64,000 nucleotides of DNA. It comes from a virus. The stretch spans positions 1 through 64,000 of the IMG/VR virus record IMGVR_UViG_3300015371_000006; one strand, written 5' to 3'. The translations under genes and the position numbers were made by a program. The notes beneath the pieces were generated by a model, which was not told the origin of the DNA, did not search any database, and saw nothing but the letters and a program-made list of their open reading frames with translations. This document shows, in pieces, positions 47,801 to 55,600 of the stretch; the stretch's first letter is position 1; every line of letters begins with the position of its first letter.

Positions 47801-50800
47801 CGGCGGCGTCCAGCGCGTCCTCGCGGCTCAGCGACGAGGAGGGGCTCGCCTGGCCTCCGGCGAAGCGACGCAGGTCGGGGTAGGTGGCGGCGAATTGCGC
47901 GTCGCTCATCGGCCGCCCACGCACGGAGCCCGTGCTGCCGACGGTCTGCGGGTCGCCCTCGTAGATGTACCAGCCGCGTCCGGCTCGCTGGGCGACGACG
48001 CGCCCGCCGGTCAGGCCGGGCTCGGGGCCGGGGCGGTCCCACACGTACTCGTCCAGCTTGCCGCCCCGTTCCTTGCGCACCTCCAGGCGGCCGCTGCCGG
48101 GGCTGCTTCCGGGGCTCCACTGGCCGGTCTTCTGGATCGCCAGCGCAGCTTCGACGGCCGGGCGCGGGACCATCTCCTCGTAGTCGAACTTCAGCATCAC
48201 GGCGTCGCCGTCATCCTCGTCGAGAGCGCTCTGCAGTTGCTCCTTCGTGAAGGCCCAGGCCAGCATCCCCGGCTCGTCGGTGTAGTCGTAGCTCGCCTGG
48301 TCGGTGCGGCCCTGCGGGATGAAGCGCTTGCCTGACTTGTCTGGCGCGGTCGCGCCCAGGCGCGCGTAGATCTCGGGCTTGCCGCCGCTGGCGGTCATGA
48401 ACGCTTCGCTCTCGCGCTTGCCGTCCTTGCCCACCCGGTACGCCTTGCCGTTGGTCGTGATCCCGCCGTAGCCGGAGTTGCCGTAGATCATGAAGCGGTT
48501 GCCGTCGTTGTCGACCGCAGCGGTGCCGTACTTGTCGGCCCAGCTCTGCGAGTCGGCGTTGATCAGCTTGTCCATCGAGCCCCACACGTAGCGGGCCTTG
48601 GAGGTGTCGCCCTCCCAGCCCTTCGTCCAGCCGAGCTTCTTCTTGCCCGTGCCGGGTGACGCCTGGCCGGGGCTGTGCTGACCGCCCATCGAGTCGGTGA
48701 AGCCGGGCGGCGGTTCGACTTCCTGATCGCTGGTCTCGACCTTGTCCAGCGGGACCACGAGCGTGCCGTGGTTGTCGGTCTTGACCCGCAGCTGGCCGAA
48801 CTTGTGGTCGACGACCTCGCCCTGGACGAGATCCTCCTGCCCGCCGATCCTCGCCACCTTCGTGGTGATGTTCGTGCCCACCGGGTAGGCGGCCCTCGCC
48901 GCTGCGTCGCGCTCCTCGCGGCTGAGCTTTCCGCCGGGGCTGGCCTGGCCCAGTGGCCCCGTGGTCACCGGCACCGAACCGCCCGCGTTCTTGAGCTGGC
49001 GCTTCTCGCCCTTGGTCAGCTCGCGCTTCTCGGCGACCCGACTGAGCAGCTGGGCGATCTGCTTGTCCCGCATCTCGGCGTTCGCCGAGGTCCGGCTGCG
49101 GATCTGGCGGATCGAGCGCTGGATCGACTCGTGCTCGGGCGTCCCACCGAGGGTCATCGTGGGGCTGCGCTGACCCAGCGGCGGCATGCTGCTCACGCCA
49201 CCGGACGCCAGCCTGCGGTTGTGAGCGCCCTTCGCCCGCGCGTAGTCGTTGGCCTGCTTGCGGGCGAGGTAGTCCTGGTCGTCGAGGACGGCTTCGGCGG
49301 CTCGGGGCGGGTCGTATCCCTCCCCGACCGAACCGTCGGCGTAGTGGACGTCCACCAGCCCGTCCTCGCGGGCCTTCACCCAGGTCAGGCCATAGCTCTG
49401 CTCCTCGCCGGGCCAGAGGTAGTCGAGGTCGCCGACGATCTCGTCCTTGCTCAGCGCCTCGCCGGGGCTGCGCTGGCCGCCGGGCTTCGCGTCGCGCAGC
49501 TTGACGATCAGGTCGAGATCCTCGGGGTCGATGATCGTCTTGTTGCGCAGTGACTTCGCCAGGTTGCCGAACACCCGGCGGGTGTTCTCCTTGTTGACGC
49601 CGTTCTTCGCCACGTCGGCGGCTAGGTTGCCGTCGGTCATCTTGATCATCGACACCACGTCGTCCATCTCGGCGTCGCTCATGTGCGTGTCGATTCGGCT
49701 GCGCTTCTTCGCCAGCTGCCGCAGCATGTCGTGGTCGCTGAGGCCGGGGCTCGCCTGGTAGCTGTCGGCGCGCATCTTCTCCAGCGCCGCGTCGTAGTCC
49801 AGCTTCGGCAGCTCGGGTGCCTTGCCGGTGGACGGGACGCGCTTGCGGCGTTCCAGGGCTCGCCGCTGCGGCGCGAGGGAGCGCACGGCAGCGTCGGCCT
49901 CCTCGGAGGGCGCGGCCTGCAAGCTCGGCGGGGAGAGCTGCAGCTTGTGGCCCGCGACCATCACCGACTTGCCGTCGGGGGTCACCTTGCCGCGCGAGCC
50001 GCCCAGGCTCACGCTGTCGCCGGGACGCAGCACGCGGCCGCGCCCCTCGGGGGCGAAGGTGCCGTCGGGCAGGCGGCGGATGCGGGCGATCCGGGCGGCC
50101 AGCTCGGAGGTCTTGCGCGCGGCTCCGCGCAGGCTCGCCTCCAGCAGCTCGCAGGCGGCTTCCTGCACGTCGATGTTCGGGTAGCGGCGCTTGACGGCGG
50201 CGCGGACCTTCTTCTTCTCGTCGGCCGATCCGTGCTGGCTTACGCGCGCGAGCGCGTTGCGCGCGTGGGCCTCGTCGTGGATCGGGTAGCGGCGGTCCGG
50301 CAGCGCGAAGTCGGAGTCGGGACGCTTCTTCCGAGCGGCGGCCGTCAGCGTGCCCTCCTCGACCTCCTTCTTGTTCGCGGCCGCCTTGGCCTTGAACTTC
50401 TCGTCGCGGGCCTTGCTCAGGGAGTGGCCGCACTTCTTGCAGTCGGCGTTGCGGGCGCTCTGCTCGGTGCCGCACTCGGGACACTTGACGCTCTGCTCGG
50501 TTGTCTCGTCGCCCTTGCCCTCCTTCTCGGCCTTCGTGTCAGCCTCGGCCAGGCTCTGGTCGCGCTGGGGGTTGCGGGCGTTGCGCTTCTTGCGGCGCTT
50601 GTTGCGCTCGGCATCGGTCAGCTTCGGCTCGGGGGTGGAGGTATCAGCCGCAGGCTTGTTTCCCAGCAGGCGCTTGCGCAGCTTGCGCTTGTCCTGCGGG
50701 GTGAGCGCGCCTGGCGTGACTTGAGCCGCCTCGCCGCCTGAAAGCAGCGCCGTAGCAGTCTGGTGACCCACGATCCCGTCGACCATTAGCCCGTTTTCGC

Positions 50801-52346
50801 GCTGGTATTGCCTGACCGCCTGTTGGAAGCCCTGGCCGCCGCCGCCCACCTTGTCGGCGATGGCCGATCCCAGGCCACCGGAGGCCGAGCGGATGAACTG
50901 GCCGCCGCCGGTCCGGCCCTTCGCGGCGCGCGGGTGCTTCTTTTCGAAGTCGCCTCCGGCCGACTGGCCGTCGCGGCCCTTCGGCTTCTTGCCGTAGTTC
51001 ATCCCCCAGCGCGTGGTCCCGAAGGGCGTCGTGATCGACTTCGTGCGGAACTCCTCCACGTCGGCGATGCTCTCCTCCAGCTTGTCGCCGTTCTTGCCGT
51101 GGCGCTTGAGCAGCGCCCACGTCTCCGGCCCGATGGCCCCGTCGGCCTTCAGCCCGTAGCGGCGCTGGATGCGCTTGACGCCCTTCTCGGTCTCCGGCCC
51201 GAAGCGCCCGTCCGGCCCGGCGTCGCCGACGTAGGTGCCCATCGCACCCATCGCCTCCTGGGCGGCCTTGACGGAGGGGTCGCCCTCGCCCTGTCCGACG
51301 CCCCGGCCCTTCGCCAGCCAGACGTTCGCGCTGGGCGTATCCGTGGGCGTATCCGTGGGCGTATCGTCGGCGTCCGCGTCGCCCTCGGGCTCGCTCGGGT
51401 TCGCCTCCTCATCAGGATTTCCCCCATTGGGGGAACCGGCGCGCAGCTTCTCCACGTCCTCGGGCGAGGTGCCGCGCATGGCGATCCGGGTCTTGTCGCC
51501 CAGCACGCCGTCGGGCTTCAGCTCGTGGTCGCCCTGAAAGCTCTCGACCGCGCCCTTGGTCTCCTCGCCGTACTCCCCGTCGACGCCGACGTCGTAGCCC
51601 AGCGTCTTCAGCCTGGCCTGGGCCTGGCCTACGAGTTCCCCGGACCCTCCCTGCTTGAGGGTCAGCCCGTCGCTATGTGCCTCGGTAGGGCGGCCTCGTG
51701 GGCTACGCGCTTTGACCTTGGACATGCGCCGCTCTGCATCAGCGACCGGGTCGTCCTTGGCCTCGCGTACCTCCCCGCCCAATTCCTTGGCGAGAGCACG
51801 AAGCTCGGTTGCCTCGGTCAGCAGCGCTCTCGCTGCCTGCGCCTGAGCGCGGGGTTCGGCCGGTGGGCCACCCATCTGCACGATCCGCACGGATTCGCTG
51901 AGCGGAGTTTCGATCAGCTCGGGGACGGCCTTGACCAGTCCCGCCTTGCCCGTTGTCCTCGGTTCGCTGAGCGGTCCCAGCGCGCCCTCGATGACGACCA
52001 GCCGCGCTTGCACCTCGCGCAGCACCCGCGCCGCCTCCTCGTCGCTGAGGATCAGGTCGGCGACCTCGGCCTCGGTCAGCTTCTTGCGCGAGTGCTTCAG
52101 TCGCCCCGGATCGAACTTGTCGAGCAGCACGGCGCAGCGGCGGTTCGCGTGATCCTTGCTGAGCCCGTGCTTGACCTGGTCGCGCACGCAGGACGTGAAC
52201 GGGTGCGGTTTCGCCAGGTAGTGCTTCGCCAGCGGCGCGATCTTCTTCGTGTCGCCAGGGGTTACGTCCGCCGTGCCGGGCTTGCTGAAGGTCTCCACCT
52301 CTTCGAGGTCACGCCTCTCGGGCGGCTGTTGCTGCGCCTCGGCCAC
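44823..52346 (-). CDS. Giant modular protein (~2507 aa): three peptidoglycan-binding domains, zinc ribbon, DUF6582-like domain, then GQxSP-delimited modules
   Basis: Probable GTG start at 52346 just after a TACGAT -10; DGxxGxxT PG-binding motifs; CPECG..CKKCG; SDFALPDRRYPIHDEAHARNALAR; 13 GQxSP motifs. Confidence 0.8.
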   Translation of the reverse strand: MAEAQQQPPERRDLEEVETFSKPGTADVTPGDTKKIAPLAKHYLAKPHPFTSCVRDQVKHGLSKDHANRRCAVLLDKFDPGRLKHSRKKLTEAEVADLILSDEEAARVLREVQARLVVIEGALGPLSEPRTTGKAGLVKAVPELIETPLSESVRIVQMGGPPAEPRAQAQAARALLTEATELRALAKELGGEVREAKDDPVADAERRMSKVKARSPRGRPTEAHSDGLTLKQGGSGELVGQAQARLKTLGYDVGVDGEYGEETKGAVESFQGDHELKPDGVLGDKTRIAMRGTSPEDVEKLRAGSPNGGNPDEEANPSEPEGDADADDTPTDTPTDTPSANVWLAKGRGVGQGEGDPSVKAAQEAMGAMGTYVGDAGPDGRFGPETEKGVKRIQRRYGLKADGAIGPETWALLKRHGKNGDKLEESIADVEEFRTKSITTPFGTTRWGMNYGKKPKGRDGQSAGGDFEKKHPRAAKGRTGGGQFIRSASGGLGSAIADKVGGGGQGFQQAVRQYQRENGLMVDGIVGHQTATALLSGGEAAQVTPGALTPQDKRKLRKRLLGNKPAADTSTPEPKLTDAERNKRRKKRNARNPQRDQSLAEADTKAEKEGKGDETTEQSVKCPECGTEQSARNADCKKCGHSLSKARDEKFKAKAAANKKEVEEGTLTAAARKKRPDSDFALPDRRYPIHDEAHARNALARVSQHGSADEKKKVRAAVKRRYPNIDVQEAACELLEASLRGAARKTSELAARIARIRRLPDGTFAPEGRGRVLRPGDSVSLGGSRGKVTPDGKSVMVAGHKLQLSPPSLQAAPSEEADAAVRSLAPQRRALERRKRVPSTGKAPELPKLDYDAALEKMRADSYQASPGLSDHDMLRQLAKKRSRIDTHMSDAEMDDVVSMIKMTDGNLAADVAKNGVNKENTRRVFGNLAKSLRNKTIIDPEDLDLIVKLRDAKPGGQRSPGEALSKDEIVGDLDYLWPGEEQSYGLTWVKAREDGLVDVHYADGSVGEGYDPPRAAEAVLDDQDYLARKQANDYARAKGAHNRRLASGGVSSMPPLGQRSPTMTLGGTPEHESIQRSIRQIRSRTSANAEMRDKQIAQLLSRVAEKRELTKGEKRQLKNAGGSVPVTTGPLGQASPGGKLSREERDAAARAAYPVGTNITTKVARIGGQEDLVQGEVVDHKFGQLRVKTDNHGTLVVPLDKVETSDQEVEPPPGFTDSMGGQHSPGQASPGTGKKKLGWTKGWEGDTSKARYVWGSMDKLINADSQSWADKYGTAAVDNDGNRFMIYGNSGYGGITTNGKAYRVGKDGKRESEAFMTASGGKPEIYARLGATAPDKSGKRFIPQGRTDQASYDYTDEPGMLAWAFTKEQLQSALDEDDGDAVMLKFDYEEMVPRPAVEAALAIQKTGQWSPGSSPGSGRLEVRKERGGKLDEYVWDRPGPEPGLTGGRVVAQRAGRGWYIYEGDPQTVGSTGSVRGRPMSDAQFAATYPDLRRFAGGQASPSSSLSREDALDAAEKLAVGDEVAVAPNAVIARDDEHSYVITDLEGTFVFGDAKTPDDVAELHDELANEAARDEAVDREIDDRKMGQRSPAMKVVDPKAAQSREKLQADLKAKHFPKADEVNVNEAQGVVEVWKDGRAQLYRLPGQQSPGYPGFLAGGAKAQAAANKADAARAKRQEAEGTGIWAKANPWPDPMKLPDAVDEGVGLGVHPLAKGTGVIFGKDGQASPKLWETEIAKVEAQGKDADGEFIDDLAGDVQSDWFPVVAEHDDYRAQEYVDLLQRLEDALDTVHGNPKGTSRGLYSDEDRFDNEIADAAADMLDPNYGQYSPGLAVGTQYEVTLLKNGAELDRFGETQLNSGAKLERTPDGINISSGGVTGRVQTFPVNAVMLADALDRSPPDVSAVLLPAWDEYANGSDKKASAKVLSELGGLKLGQASPGSVPDGFTPNTSSTELGEVPVGTKFIHDGYGYVVHKANGNWVIAKPIDPSTGEILTSDPAPSKYQGEKRRIFHYRMPPGAFGDMHPDYSDEWSVTPAAPLPVNPESPVRSAKGNIRNVKAMNDGKLKNLWADMSPYAHADPDGYAAVQTEMESRGFTTGAPAPVAAPVSASAPEPAPKPTPAPVAAQTAGNDDDLYDLLKKSVASVGAKSGDPAGDAPPASYIEPGAKADAADKALYDAPDLGMFSPEGNLAVDRMVKAIVNAEPGEREMMLKGTMDIISSDHPEVNDTAVRDEIATALKAEGVPLSDVGWIDLTLDKGGPTPSGEDPLAGLGDQPKPGTTPDFTPGEPEPGDDQKVSPAYSAKGNLRNIPKMSDAKLAGLADQMVGYEDKDPWAAQQVNNELEARGMDSVLADAKAAKIEAKAFADHGEPPAEEPTPTAAPNMSDRVATLNDAEPGHTETLPNGTQIVKTKSTYLVVKPTPGESYDSPEVYKDAKAAVDRADEWDAEPEVTEADQRLADAAQSLGPDWNAAAVQSALAQLATQGIDLDPAVENADTLVAVIKAAGLKP
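46533..49760 (-). repeat. Dispersed 15-nt / 5-aa motif GGC CAG NNN AGC CCC (GQxSP), 13 copies
   Basis: Copies start (+ coordinates) at 46533, 46860, 47163, 47397, 47574, 47841, 48111, 48654, 48669, 48936, 49161, 49464 and 49746 (last is YQASP). Confidence 0.85.
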
Positions 52347-52374
52347 GTCGTCATCGTAACCGCGCCCTGGGCGG

Positions 52375-52584
52375 CTACCCCGGTTGGACTTCGATCCGTA
52401 GCGGCGTGTTGCCCGGTGCGGTGACGTGGATGATCCGGCGGCGGTGCTCGGTGCGGACCTCGCTGATCTTGATATCGGGGTCGGCGACCAGCGCCTGCTC
52501 GACGCCACTGAAGCCCCGGTTCAGCCGCTCGCGCGTGTCAGGCGGCGACGAGGAGGTCTTCGTCTCGGGCGTCGATGAGTCCAT
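52375..52584 (-). CDS. Hypothetical protein (start uncertain)
   Basis: Fills the gap; C-terminal part looks globular. Confidence 0.35.
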   Translation of the reverse strand: MDSSTPETKTSSSPPDTRERLNRGFSGVEQALVADPDIKISEVRTEHRRRIIHVTAPGNTPLRIEVQPG

Positions 52585-52837
52585 CGATGAGGGCGTTGAT
52601 GTCGAGCGGGGAGCCGATCCCGAGGTAGCAGCTCTCCCACGCCGGTCGGGTGTCTAGGAGGACGCGCTTCCATTCATGGCGGTTCTCCTTGTCGTGGGGC
52701 CAGACGATTCGTTGCTGGGCGATCCGCCAAGCGTGGTCGAAGGCGAGGCCCTTGCGCTTCATCCGCACCAGCTCCTCGCAGAGCTGTCGGGGCGGGGGAA
52801 CGCTCCTACGCCTCGCCTGTTCCAGCTCCGTTGCCAT
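52538..52837 (-). CDS. Hypothetical protein
   Basis: Start MATELE with GGAGGG RBS. Confidence 0.55.
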   Translation of the reverse strand: MATELEQARRRSVPPPRQLCEELVRMKRKGLAFDHAWRIAQQRIVWPHDKENRHEWKRVLLDTRPAWESCYLGIGSPLDINALIDGLIDARDEDLLVAA

Positions 52838-53012
52838 CTCTGCCCTCCAGCTGCAGTCGCGTGTCATTGCGATACGTGCGGATGACGCCGAGGGTGTCGG
52901 TGAGGTCGCGCTCTAGGACCGACAGTGCGCGGTCGCGCTCTGCGGGGTCGGTGAGGGTCGCCTGCGTGCGCTCGACGTGTGCCCGGAGATCCTTCAGCAC
53001 CTGCGGGGCCAT
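52806..53012 (-). CDS. Hypothetical protein
   Basis: TACTAT -10 shortly upstream; helical. Confidence 0.45.
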   Translation of the reverse strand: MAPQVLKDLRAHVERTQATLTDPAERDRALSVLERDLTDTLGVIRTYRNDTRLQLEGRDGNGAGTGEA

Positions 53013-53028
53013 GTGCGCGAGATAGTAG

Positions 53029-53229
53029 CTAGCCGTCGGACGGAATGGGGCCGTCTGTCGGAATGTCGGAGTGGTAGATGGAGCGAGTCGCCTGCCAGCG
53101 GTTCGGTGCGTCGTCGAAGACTTGCTCGGCGATGGTGCGCGCCTTGTCCCATCGGTCGCGGTTCTCAGGCGTCACCACGAAGGGCGGGTACTCCTCGGGT
53201 TCGGCCGCTGGCCGGGCCTCATCTGCCAC
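53029..53229 (-). CDS. Hypothetical protein
   Basis: GTG start after GGTACGCT -10; VADEARP...IYHSDIPTD. Confidence 0.45.
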   Translation of the reverse strand: MADEARPAAEPEEYPPFVVTPENRDRWDKARTIAEQVFDDAPNRWQATRSIYHSDIPTDGPIPSDG

Positions 53230-53255
53230 CCGGCCAGCGTACCGTTCTCGTCGGC

Positions 53256-53789
53256 CTACCCCTTCGGCTCGCGGTTGCCGAGCCGCACGCAGTCGCCGCA
53301 CCACTCGGTGCCGTTGTCGATCACGGCGTCGGGGTCGGTGGTGTCGATCTCGTCGCCGCAGCCGTCGCACATGGCGAAGCCGTGCGGCTCGCGGTCGAGC
53401 ACCGGCCAGTCCCACTCCATCTGGAAGCCGTCGCTCTCGACGCCCTCCCGGCCCTCGCGCTCGATGGCGAGCAGCCTGCCCCACACGGCGCTGTAGGTGC
53501 CCGCGCGCTCGTATCCGCAGCGCTGTCCGACCGCGTTCTTGAAGTTGTCGTAGTCGATGTCCCATGCGAGACGCTCTACGACCTTCGCCCACTCGGCCTT
53601 GGCGAGCACGATCCTTGCGGGGTAGTCCGCGCCCTTGATCCCTTCGATGATCTCCGGGGCCGTGTCGCGCTCCAGCAGCTCGATGAGACGCTCCAGGTCG
53701 GCGCGGGCGCGTGCCCGGACCATCACCAGGGTGTCGTCATCGCGGTGCTCGACGGCGCTGTAGAACCCGATGTCTGTCATCAGCCACAT
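53256..53789 (-). CDS. Conserved phage hypothetical protein with C-terminal CxxC pair
   Basis: MWLMT..GFYSAV, VMVRAR, ADYPAR, IDYDNFK; AGGAGG RBS. Confidence 0.7.
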   Translation of the reverse strand: MWLMTDIGFYSAVEHRDDDTLVMVRARARADLERLIELLERDTAPEIIEGIKGADYPARIVLAKAEWAKVVERLAWDIDYDNFKNAVGQRCGYERAGTYSAVWGRLLAIEREGREGVESDGFQMEWDWPVLDREPHGFAMCDGCGDEIDTTDPDAVIDNGTEWCGDCVRLGNREPKG

Positions 53790-53791
53790 GG

Positions 53792-54196
53792 CTAGGCCTC
53801 CTGCTTCGCGTCGAGGTGCTCGCGCATCTCGCCGAGCCCGCTGAGGGTCGAGTTCTGCATGCCGTTCATGCTCGGCAGCCGCTGCGAGGCGAAGCCGACC
53901 GCGTCGGCCTGCCGCTCCGCAAGGTGCGCCTGCGAGCCCCGGACCAGCCCCAGGATGTAGTCGGTGTCGTCGCCGTCGTCGGTGACGATCTCGACCGGGA
54001 TCGCCCGCAGCTTGCGCGGCTGCAGGACGTAGCCCTCGACCTGGAACGTGGTGCCGTAGCTGAGGTACTTGTGCTCGTTCGCCTCCTCGTCGGTGACCAG
54101 GGTGCTGGTCGCCAGGAAGATGTTGAGGCTGTCCGCTCCGCTGCCCATGAACTCGCGCAGCTCGGCGGTGTCGGTGATGTAGTCGTTGTTGCTCAT
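53792..54196 (-). CDS. Hypothetical protein
   Basis: GAGGA RBS; GC-biased codons. Confidence 0.6.
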   Translation of the reverse strand: MSNNDYITDTAELREFMGSGADSLNIFLATSTLVTDEEANEHKYLSYGTTFQVEGYVLQPRKLRAIPVEIVTDDGDDTDYILGLVRGSQAHLAERQADAVGFASQRLPSMNGMQNSTLSGLGEMREHLDAKQEA

Positions 54197-54211
54197 GTTG
54201 TCCTCTCTGCC

Positions 54212-54721
54212 CTAGACCGCGTACTCGCGGAGGTCGGGCATGGTCGGGTCGTTCATGACCTGCTCGGCGCGGTCCGCGCCCTCTGCGGTCAGTTCCTGCT
54301 TCGGCAGCCGCGCCTTGATGTGGATGTCGAAGCCGTGGGCGGGCCAGAAGCGCCTGCCCTCGTCGTCGACCTCCGGCAGGGTCGCGTCCTCGTCCAGCTT
54401 CAGGACGAAGCCGGGGCTGCAGGGGCACATCGAGCAGCCCGCGTGCTGGTCCCACCGGAGGGTGCCGCTGATGCCCAGCTCGGCGAGCGCCACCTTGGCG
54501 ATCTTCCGGTAGAGCGCCGTCGGGCGGCTCGTCCGGTTCGCCATGTTCTCCAGCAGGTTCTCGCCCTCCGGCCAGACGTAGACGCGGGGGGCCTTGTTCC
54601 GGCTGCGCCAGCTGCGCTCGTAGCGCCTGCCGCTGATCGCCGCCTTGACGTCCAGGCCGTCGGCCGGGGTGCGGCGGGTCTTGATCGTCCGGTATCCGTC
54701 CTTGTCGGTGCGTGTGCTCAT
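54212..54721 (-). CDS. Hypothetical phage protein (WxQxAGCSMCPCSPGF motif)
   Basis: Start MSTRTD with promoter and leader cassette upstream. Confidence 0.7.
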   Translation of the reverse strand: MSTRTDKDGYRTIKTRRTPADGLDVKAAISGRRYERSWRSRNKAPRVYVWPEGENLLENMANRTSRPTALYRKIAKVALAELGISGTLRWDQHAGCSMCPCSPGFVLKLDEDATLPEVDDEGRRFWPAHGFDIHIKARLPKQELTAEGADRAEQVMNDPTMPDLREYAV

Positions 54722-54737
54722 CGGGAACCTCCTGTAG

Positions 54738-54770
54738 TTGGTCGGGCTACTGCTACAGATGGTAGCACAT
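54738..54770 (-). promoter_or_regulatory. Promoter/operator cassette TGTGCTACCATCTGTAGCA plus CCCGACCAA
   Basis: Palindrome at 54752-54766 overlapping an extended -10. Confidence 0.7.
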
Positions 54771-54798
54771 GACGACGGCGGTGATACGGTGGTGCGCA

Positions 54799-55527
54799 AT
54801 GGGGATTGCGGTCGTCAAGCGCGACGTCTGTTCGGTGCCGGACCCGCTTCCGTTCTGGCACGCCGTGGGCGCTGACCGCGTGGACGGCAAGCCCGAGGAG
54901 CAGTCGACGTCGCTCGCCCAGGTCACGCCCAGCCGCATCGACTGGTTCGCCTCCGGGGGCCCCGGCAACCGGCCCTTCCGACGGCTGCGGGTTCTGCCCG
55001 GCGATGAGTGCTTCGGGGAGCGGTGCGAGTTGGGCAACAACGGCCAGCCGACGTTCTTCGTCTATGCGCCCGAGACCTATTCGGTCACCCGCTATCACCT
55101 GCGGCTCGGCCCCTTCCCGCTCGACACCCGGTCGTGGCAGGTGGTGACGCAGTTCAAGCAGGTGCAGCCGCACCCGCGCGAGGACACCAACGGCTCGCCG
55201 ATCCTCGCCATCGAGGCCAACGAGGGGCGCTGGTGGTTGAAGTCGTCGGGCGAGAAGGTGCTCCAGGGGCCGCCCGCAGCGCTCGCGCGGTGGACGTTCC
55301 TGTCGCTGAAGGTGCGCTGGTCGCTGACCGGGGGCCGGGTGCAGTTCATCGTCGACGACTGGCGCTCGGAGGTGCGCTCGATGCGGACGCTGAAGTTCGC
55401 CGCCGAGGCCGGGCGCGGGTTCGCTGCCGGTGATCCGATCCCCTGCCACCTCCGCATCGGTCCGTACCACGCCACGGGGCTGCCCGAGGCCGTGGTCGAC
55501 GTCGCCAACGTCCGCGTGCTGGCCTGA
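54799..55527 (+). CDS. Polysaccharide lyase-like (heparin lyase I / beta-jelly-roll) protein
   Basis: GERCEL, WQVVTQFKQ, SPILAI, W....LKVRWS..GG.VQ, HLRIGPY; lone + strand gene. Confidence 0.65.
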   Translation: MGIAVVKRDVCSVPDPLPFWHAVGADRVDGKPEEQSTSLAQVTPSRIDWFASGGPGNRPFRRLRVLPGDECFGERCELGNNGQPTFFVYAPETYSVTRYHLRLGPFPLDTRSWQVVTQFKQVQPHPREDTNGSPILAIEANEGRWWLKSSGEKVLQGPPAALARWTFLSLKVRWSLTGGRVQFIVDDWRSEVRSMRTLKFAAEAGRGFAAGDPIPCHLRIGPYHATGLPEAVVDVANVRVLA

Positions 55528-55534
55528 ACGACAT

Positions 55535-55557
55535 GAGCCCGGCGCGTGGCCGGGCTC
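55535..55557. terminator. Hairpin between convergent genes
   Basis: gagcccggc-gcgtg-gccgggctc. Confidence 0.6.
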
Positions 55558-55600
55558 TGTCGCATAGGGGTGCGCAGTCAGGTCGCGCGACCCTATCGCC

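Noticed and set aside
51333-51366. Short 12-bp tandem repeat encoding DTPT
   Set aside because: It is a low-complexity linker inside the giant protein with no sign of separate function.
52347-52508. ORF-track start of the giant protein at 52508
   Set aside because: The extension overlaps another ORF and the late promoter; GTG at 52346 fits the promoter spacing.
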